Positions 58,979 to 64,000 of a stretch of DNA of 64,000 nt are shown here, piece after piece. The notes under the pieces were generated by a model that saw only the letters and a list, made by a program, of their open reading frames with translations, was not told the origin of the DNA and did not search any database. How positions within the stretch are numbered: position 1 is the stretch's first letter; each line of letters begins with the position of its first letter. The position numbers and the translations under genes were made by a program. This DNA is from Acidimicrobiales bacterium. Its GTDB lineage: Bacteria; Actinomycetota; Acidimicrobiia; Acidimicrobiales; UBA8190. The stretch is from NCBI GenBank assembly GCA_035532735.1, contig DATKQM010000013.1, positions 34,670 through 98,669 on the forward strand, written 5' to 3'.

Positions 58979-60700
58979 TCAGGCGGGCCGGCCCCCGGGG
59001 CACCACGGGTTCTCGGGAACCCCGCGACAGGGGTTGGGCATCGACGGCAGGTTGGTCGGGAGGGGGCGCATCGTGATCACCGTGATCTGCGGATACTGCG
59101 ACCCCGGCGGACACGTCCCGAAGCCCGTGTCACACAGCACCTGTCCGAGAAGGGCGCCCCCGGTGTTCGAGACAGCCAGAGTCCCGTTGCAGGTGGGCTG
59201 GCTCTGCTCCAGGCCCGCTGGGGCGCTGCCCGCGGGGGCGGTGTTTCCTGCGTAGCAATTCCGAGCTCCGTTCCCGTTGATCACGATCTGGCCGAAGTCC
59301 GCATTGGACTGGTTGCCGAAGTACCCGTCGTGGGTGAAGGTGTTGTCGAGCAGGGCGTCACCTTTGGGGTCGTAGACACAGCCGAACCCCGTGAGCTGCG
59401 CTCCTCCCGTCCCGGCACAAGTCTGCCCGTCGACGGGCGGGTTGCTGTCGGGGTAGGGAACGAAGAGGACTCCCCAGGCGCCGTTGTTCGAAAAGGTGTT
59501 GTCCATGACCGTGTCGTTGGCCCCCCCCGAGACGGTCATCCCCGTGCCGGTGGGACCGGCGCTGGCGCTGCCTGCCTGGGGCACGTCGGGGTCGTTGTTG
59601 TCATGGACCGAGTTGTGGATGAACACCCAGCACGAGTGGGTGTGGGTGATCGGGCTCTTGGCGTTGTGGGGGCAGGCGCCGTTCTGCGGCGCGGGAGCGT
59701 CACCGTCGATCTGGGTATTGGTGTCGACCCCGTCTTGGTTGTTGTCGAACTGGGAGTTCTCGATGACGATCGCCCCACCGGAGTTGGTTCCCGAATACCC
59801 GAGGGCGTTGAACTCCATCCAGGCGTGGTTGATGGTCACCCCACACACCTGAAGGCATGCTCCGACGTACATCCCGGAGTCGTTGAAGTTGCTGGCGTAG
59901 AGCTGGTCCCACAAGCCAGGCCCTTGGGCGTTGGAGGAAAAGATCCCGTACGCCGCCGCCGTGGCCTCGCCCTGGTAATAGGTCGATGTGGCGGTGATGT
60001 ACCGACCGGTGTAACCGTGCAAGCCGATCAGACCGGAGTCCGCGCCACCGTTCCACCAGATCTCGTTACCCGAATCGCCGGTGCCACTGAGGAAGTTGCA
60101 GGCCGTGAGGTTCTCGACGCTCACATTGTCCGCTTTCCATACGACGATGCCGTTGCGACCGATGGCTTTTCCGTCCGATCCCACGAGGCCGAGGTTCTGC
60201 TGAGCCGGCGCCGGGCTGCAGGGGGTGGCGGCACCGGGCTTGGTGCCGTCGACAATCACGGTGCTCCGATCCATCCCTCGAAGGTGGATGTCCGACGTCG
60301 TGATGAGGACGCCTCCGAACTTGCCGTGATCGGTACTGGCGGAAGGGCTCGTCTCGTCGTCGGTCTCGTGATAGTCACCCGGTGCCACGAGGATCCAGTC
60401 GCCGTGCCGCGCCGCGTCGACGGCGTCTTGGATGGTCCGGTATTTCCCGGTGTGACCGTCGAAGGTGCCCACCGTGAGCACGTGGCCCGTGGTCGCTGCG
60501 GTCGTCCCCGACCCCGTTCCTTTGGTCGCCCCTGTTCCCGAGCTGCACGCCGCCAGAGCCGTCCCCAACAGGGCCGTCCCGAGCACACCGATGGACAACC
60601 GGCTTCGCCACCTTGGCCGTCGAACCACTCTGCGACCTCCGCTTTCCGCCCACTCGCACGGTGCCCCGTGCCTTGCACGGCGATGTCGGGAACTTAGCAA
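58979..60700 (-). CDS. Secreted lipoprotein with right-handed parallel beta-helix (pectate-lyase/NosD-like) repeats and a Cys-rich C-terminus
   Basis: Lipobox-like LLGTALAAC. Repeated N/G/D-rich turns (ENSQFDNNQDGVDTN, HNSVHDNND, DNTFSNNGAWG, DNTFTHDGYFG). The true start is probably downstream of the track start. Confidence 0.75.
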   Translation of the reverse strand: MLSSRHRRARHGAPCEWAESGGRRVVRRPRWRSRLSIGVLGTALLGTALAACSSGTGATKGTGSGTTAATTGHVLTVGTFDGHTGKYRTIQDAVDAARHGDWILVAPGDYHETDDETSPSASTDHGKFGGVLITTSDIHLRGMDRSTVIVDGTKPGAATPCSPAPAQQNLGLVGSDGKAIGRNGIVVWKADNVSVENLTACNFLSGTGDSGNEIWWNGGADSGLIGLHGYTGRYITATSTYYQGEATAAAYGIFSSNAQGPGLWDQLYASNFNDSGMYVGACLQVCGVTINHAWMEFNALGYSGTNSGGAIVIENSQFDNNQDGVDTNTQIDGDAPAPQNGACPHNAKSPITHTHSCWVFIHNSVHDNNDPDVPQAGSASAGPTGTGMTVSGGANDTVMDNTFSNNGAWGVLFVPYPDSNPPVDGQTCAGTGGAQLTGFGCVYDPKGDALLDNTFTHDGYFGNQSNADFGQIVINGNGARNCYAGNTAPAGSAPAGLEQSQPTCNGTLAVSNTGGALLGQVLCDTGFGTCPPGSQYPQITVITMRPLPTNLPSMPNPCRGVPENPWCPGGRPA

Positions 60701-60758
60701 TCGTTCCCGGATGGTGCCGTAGTCTCAGTCACAAGACCAAGACCTGAGGGAGTCACAC

Positions 60759-61682
60759 ATGGACACGGCACCGCTCCGAGGGGCGAAGATCGTCGTCACC
60801 GGGGTCACCGGACAGGTCGCCGAGCCACTGGCCTGCGCGCTGGCGCGTGACAACGAGGTGTACGGCGCAGCTCGCTTCAATGACGCCGCGGCACGCCGGC
60901 GCCTGGAAGATGGCGGCGTCCGATGCGTGGTGGTCGACCTCTTGGACGGCGAGCCGAATAGGCTTCCCGCCGACGCCGACTACGTCCTGAACTTCGCGGT
61001 CACCAAGACCAACGACTGGGATATCGACCTCCAGGCCAACAGCGGTGGGCTGGCCTGGCTCATGGAGCACCACCGAAACGCCCGTGCCTTTCTGCACTGC
61101 TCGACCACCGCGGTGTACAAGCCGATGGGCCACCATGTCTTCGCCGAGACGGACCCGCTCGGCGACAACCATGGGGTGTGGCCCTTTCTGCGGACCTACA
61201 GCATCTGCAAGATCTCGGCCGAAGCGACGGCGCGTTGGGCGGCGCAACGCTTCGATCTCCCGACGGTCATCACGCGGCTGTCTGTCCCGTATGGCGACCG
61301 CGGCGGCTGGCCCTCGGTGCACGTCCACATGATGGGCAACGGATCGGCGATTCCCGTGCATCTCGACGCCCCGAGCGTCTATCACCCCCTGCACGAGCGT
61401 GACATCCACCGCATGCTCCCAGCCTTCTTGGAGTCGGCGTCGGTACCCGCCACCGTCGTCAACTGGGGCGGGAGCACGGCGGTGAGCATCGAAGAGTGGT
61501 GTACCTATCTCGCCGGGTTGACGGGGCTCGAAGCACGCTTCGACCCCACCGAGCACACCATCGACAGCGTGCAACTGGATCTGACCAAGATGCACGAGGT
61601 CGCGGGGAAGACCGAGGTGGACTGGAAGGACGGCATGCGGCAGATGGTGGCGGCTCGACACCCCGAACTGCTTTCGAGCTGA
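60759..61682 (+). CDS. NAD-dependent epimerase/dehydratase family (extended SDR)
   Basis: 307 aa. Contains KIVVTGVTGQVAEPL and a YxxxK motif (TYSICKISAE). Confidence 0.85.
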   Translation: MDTAPLRGAKIVVTGVTGQVAEPLACALARDNEVYGAARFNDAAARRRLEDGGVRCVVVDLLDGEPNRLPADADYVLNFAVTKTNDWDIDLQANSGGLAWLMEHHRNARAFLHCSTTAVYKPMGHHVFAETDPLGDNHGVWPFLRTYSICKISAEATARWAAQRFDLPTVITRLSVPYGDRGGWPSVHVHMMGNGSAIPVHLDAPSVYHPLHERDIHRMLPAFLESASVPATVVNWGGSTAVSIEEWCTYLAGLTGLEARFDPTEHTIDSVQLDLTKMHEVAGKTEVDWKDGMRQMVAARHPELLSS

Positions 61683-61713
61683 GGGTTCACGCCCGGCGCG
61701 CCCGGTGCGAGGC

Positions 61714-63384
61714 TCAGGGTCGCGTGCGCAGCGCCCGGCGTTGTTGGAAGGCCTGTCGTTCGCGCCGGGCCGAATCGGTGTATTCGGGATCCTCCTCGGC
61801 GCCGAACGCGGTGAGCCATCCCCACAAGACGAGGAGACCTGACAACACGAGCACAGGAAGGTCGCCGACCCGCTCGTAGACGGTCCGACCGGTCCGGAGC
61901 CCGACGTCCCGGACGATCACGGCGCGACCGGCGAGCTCGGTGCGGGCCAGGACCCGGCCCCGGTGGTCGATCACCGCGCTGAAGCCCGTCGGCGCGGCCT
62001 GGACCACGTCGCGCCCTTCGGCGATGGCCTGGAGGCGGGCCGCGGCGATCTCCTGGGTCGGGACCTGGCTCGTGAGGTACGACGACGTGTTGGTCGGGTC
62101 GACCAGGAGATGTGCTCCGGCGCGCGTGGTGATCCATCCGCGCTCCGCGTAGAAGACCTCGTACGACACCAGCGTCCCGAGCGGACCGGCCGGGGTGTGC
62201 AAGACGCCGTTGCCGTGGCCCGGGATGGCGTCGAGGGGGACGCTCGAGAGATCGGCGAGATGCTTGAAGAATCCCCGATACGGGATGTACTCACCGAAGG
62301 GCACCCGGTGCACCTTTTCGAAGCGCGCCACCAGCTTCCCCTGCGGTGAGAAGGCCACGATCTCGTTGCGGAAGCTCTGGGTCGAGACGGTCTCGGTCAC
62401 TCCCACCAAGAGCGTGGCGTGGAGTCGTGTGGCCAGTGCTCCCAGTTGCTTCTCGATCTGGGTCCCGTCGATGGGCGCGTCGAGTGACACGACATCTTCG
62501 GGCCACACCACCAACGACGGGGCCCTGCCGCCGTCGTGCGACGCGATGTCAGCGGTGGCCGCGAACTGCGCCGCGGTCACGGTGGCCGGATTGACCTCGG
62601 ACTTCCGGAGCCCGCGCACGCCGCCGCCCTGGACCGACGCCACCCGAAGGGTGGTTGCGGCTTTGCCACCGTCAGGAGCATGCGCGCCCCACGTCCCGAT
62701 GCCGACCACGACCACCACAACCGCCGTCCCGGCGAACACGGCGCGGAGTGCCTTTCGGCCCGGACGCGCCGATCGGCTCGTCCCGACCCGGGCGCGGCGC
62801 AGGGCCGGCAGCGAGGTGGCCAAGATGGCGACCCCGGCGCCGCCGAGCCAGACGAGACCGACGAGCAGCAACGGGCCACCGAGTCGAGCTGCCCCCGCCA
62901 GTGGGCTCGAGGCCTGGCCCAGGGCCACACCGCCCATGGGAAGGCCACCGAAGGGCCACGTCGAGCGCAGCGCTTCGGCGAGGACCATGGCGCCGGTGAG
63001 CGTCGCGGTGCGTCCCCGCCGCCCGCGCCGGGCCACGGCGCAGGCGAGGGCGGGGCCCAACGACTCCACGGCCATGAGGACGATGCCCCCGTAGGTGTTG
63101 AACGTCGTCGCCCACCACAGTCCGGGGACGAACAGGCCGAGTCCTGCCATCCACCCGGCCAGGAAACGGGTGCGCAGTCGCAAACCGCCGAGCCGCCACC
63201 ACAGAAGGCCAGCAGCCGGGAAGGCGAGGATCCAGAACCCCCACGGGGGAAGGGACAAGGCCAGGCCCAAGCCCGCCCCGAGCGACGGGACCACGACCCG
63301 ACCCCAACGTCGACTGGGTCGGGCACGGTGTGCGCCGACGCGACGATGGCTCGGTGCCGCGTTCGCGACGACGGTGTCGCTCAC
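61714..63384 (-). CDS. lnt: Apolipoprotein N-acyltransferase homologue (Ser at the catalytic Cys position)
   Basis: Multi-TM N-terminus plus a CN-hydrolase domain: VVWPEDVV (Glu), FEKVHRVPFGEYIP (Lys), LGTLVSYEVFY where Lnt normally has CYE. GTG at 63384 overlaps the hemY stop (GTGA). The track start at 63792 runs into hemY. Confidence 0.8.
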   Translation of the reverse strand: MSDTVVANAAPSHRRVGAHRARPSRRWGRVVVPSLGAGLGLALSLPPWGFWILAFPAAGLLWWRLGGLRLRTRFLAGWMAGLGLFVPGLWWATTFNTYGGIVLMAVESLGPALACAVARRGRRGRTATLTGAMVLAEALRSTWPFGGLPMGGVALGQASSPLAGAARLGGPLLLVGLVWLGGAGVAILATSLPALRRARVGTSRSARPGRKALRAVFAGTAVVVVVVGIGTWGAHAPDGGKAATTLRVASVQGGGVRGLRKSEVNPATVTAAQFAATADIASHDGGRAPSLVVWPEDVVSLDAPIDGTQIEKQLGALATRLHATLLVGVTETVSTQSFRNEIVAFSPQGKLVARFEKVHRVPFGEYIPYRGFFKHLADLSSVPLDAIPGHGNGVLHTPAGPLGTLVSYEVFYAERGWITTRAGAHLLVDPTNTSSYLTSQVPTQEIAAARLQAIAEGRDVVQAAPTGFSAVIDHRGRVLARTELAGRAVIVRDVGLRTGRTVYERVGDLPVLVLSGLLVLWGWLTAFGAEEDPEYTDSARRERQAFQQRRALRTRP

Positions 63385-64000
63385 CGGTATGTGAGTCCGG
63401 CCCCGACCGGGCGCTCGAGGACGGTGTGTGCCGCTTGTCGACCGCTGGCGATGCACGCCGGGATGCCGACCCCGCCATAGGCAGCACCCGCCAACGCCAA
63501 CGCCGGGAACAGGGCGACGGCGTGCTCGAGCGAGGACAGCCGCTCGAGATGGCCCGGCGCGTACTGGGGGAACGCCTCGGGCCATCGCGTCACGACCACC
63601 TCGGTCGGTTCTGATCGAAGTCCCATCATGAGGGCGAGATCGGCGAGGACGTGGCGGACGATCTCGTCGTCGGACATGTCTTTGGCGGGGTCGTCGCCGA
63701 ACCGGCCCATCGAGGCGCGCACCAAGATGTCGTCGGGACGCCGGAGGTCCGGCCACTTGGAGGTGAGCCACGTACACGCGGTGATGAGGCACCCGGTGCT
63801 CGCCGGCACGAGGAAGCCGGTGCCGTCGAGGGGACGGCTCACCGCCCTCTCGGGCATCTGCAAGGTGACGAGCGTGACATCGGCGTAGTCGATCGCCCTC
63901 AACATCTCGGCGACGACAGGGTCGACCGATGCGACCAGTGCGGCGGTGGGACCAGCCGGGGTGGCGAGGACCACGGCGTCGGCCTCCACGGTGCCCCGGG
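63381..64000 (-). CDS. hemY: Protoporphyrinogen/coproporphyrinogen III oxidase, C-terminal part (5' end beyond the right edge)
   Basis: Contains GTGFLVP, WLTSKWP, VVTRWPEAFPQYAPGH and ALAGAAYGGVGIPACIASG. The reading frame is open to the window end. Confidence 0.8.
   Translation of the reverse strand, partial: RGTVEADAVVLATPAGPTAALVASVDPVVAEMLRAIDYADVTLVTLQMPERAVSRPLDGTGFLVPASTGCLITACTWLTSKWPDLRRPDDILVRASMGRFGDDPAKDMSDDEIVRHVLADLALMMGLRSEPTEVVVTRWPEAFPQYAPGHLERLSSLEHAVALFPALALAGAAYGGVGIPACIASGRQAAHTVLERPVGAGLTYR

Noticed and set aside
58967-60697. 576-aa plus-strand ORF
   Set aside because: It is antisense to the beta-helix lipoprotein gene, whose translation has a lipobox and regular beta-helix turns. 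The plus-strand product is Arg/Gly/Val-rich with no motifs.

Overview
High-G+C window (roughly 70% by eye, not computed), densely coding. It looks like an Actinomycetota chromosome, possibly Acidimicrobiia-like, but that placement is a weak inference. About 85% is recognisable core metabolism, in an order close to Mycobacterium/Streptomyces. The order is: NiSOD pair sodN/sodX; mshA plus a YbjN-like gene; proC plus a small HTH gene; rex followed by hemA-hemC-cobA/hemD-hemB-hemL; a MenJ-like geranylgeranyl reductase; a complete translationally coupled nuoA-N operon (24.9-40.8 kb); acs; and hemY-lnt at the right edge. I found no rRNA, tRNA, CRISPR array, transposase, integrase or recognisable defence system by eye. 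The less ordinary parts are as follows. (1) An RsiG-like coiled-coil protein has one exact and one near-exact c-di-GMP binding motif, and a stand-alone EAL phosphodiesterase sits directly after nuoN. (2) A 1095-aa MprF-type (DUF2156) membrane protein carries a degenerate phosphoesterase-like N-terminus and a 9-bp x ~10 in-frame repeat tail. (3) A 9-kb island (51.7-60.7 kb) holds unrecognisable secreted proteins, a Big_2 protein, a sensor kinase, two response regulators, a beta-helix lipoprotein and an ORF whose coding signal switches frames next to 5-bp and 16-bp tandem duplications. (4) An Lnt homologue has the catalytic Cys position occupied by Ser. (5) Many short tandem repeats lie at gene ends, most of them in frame. 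I cannot demonstrate a coherent new multi-gene system from sequence alone; the island and the c-di-GMP components are the best candidates. Many track ORFs are GC-rich shadow ORFs or 5'-overextended, so starts were re-picked where noted.
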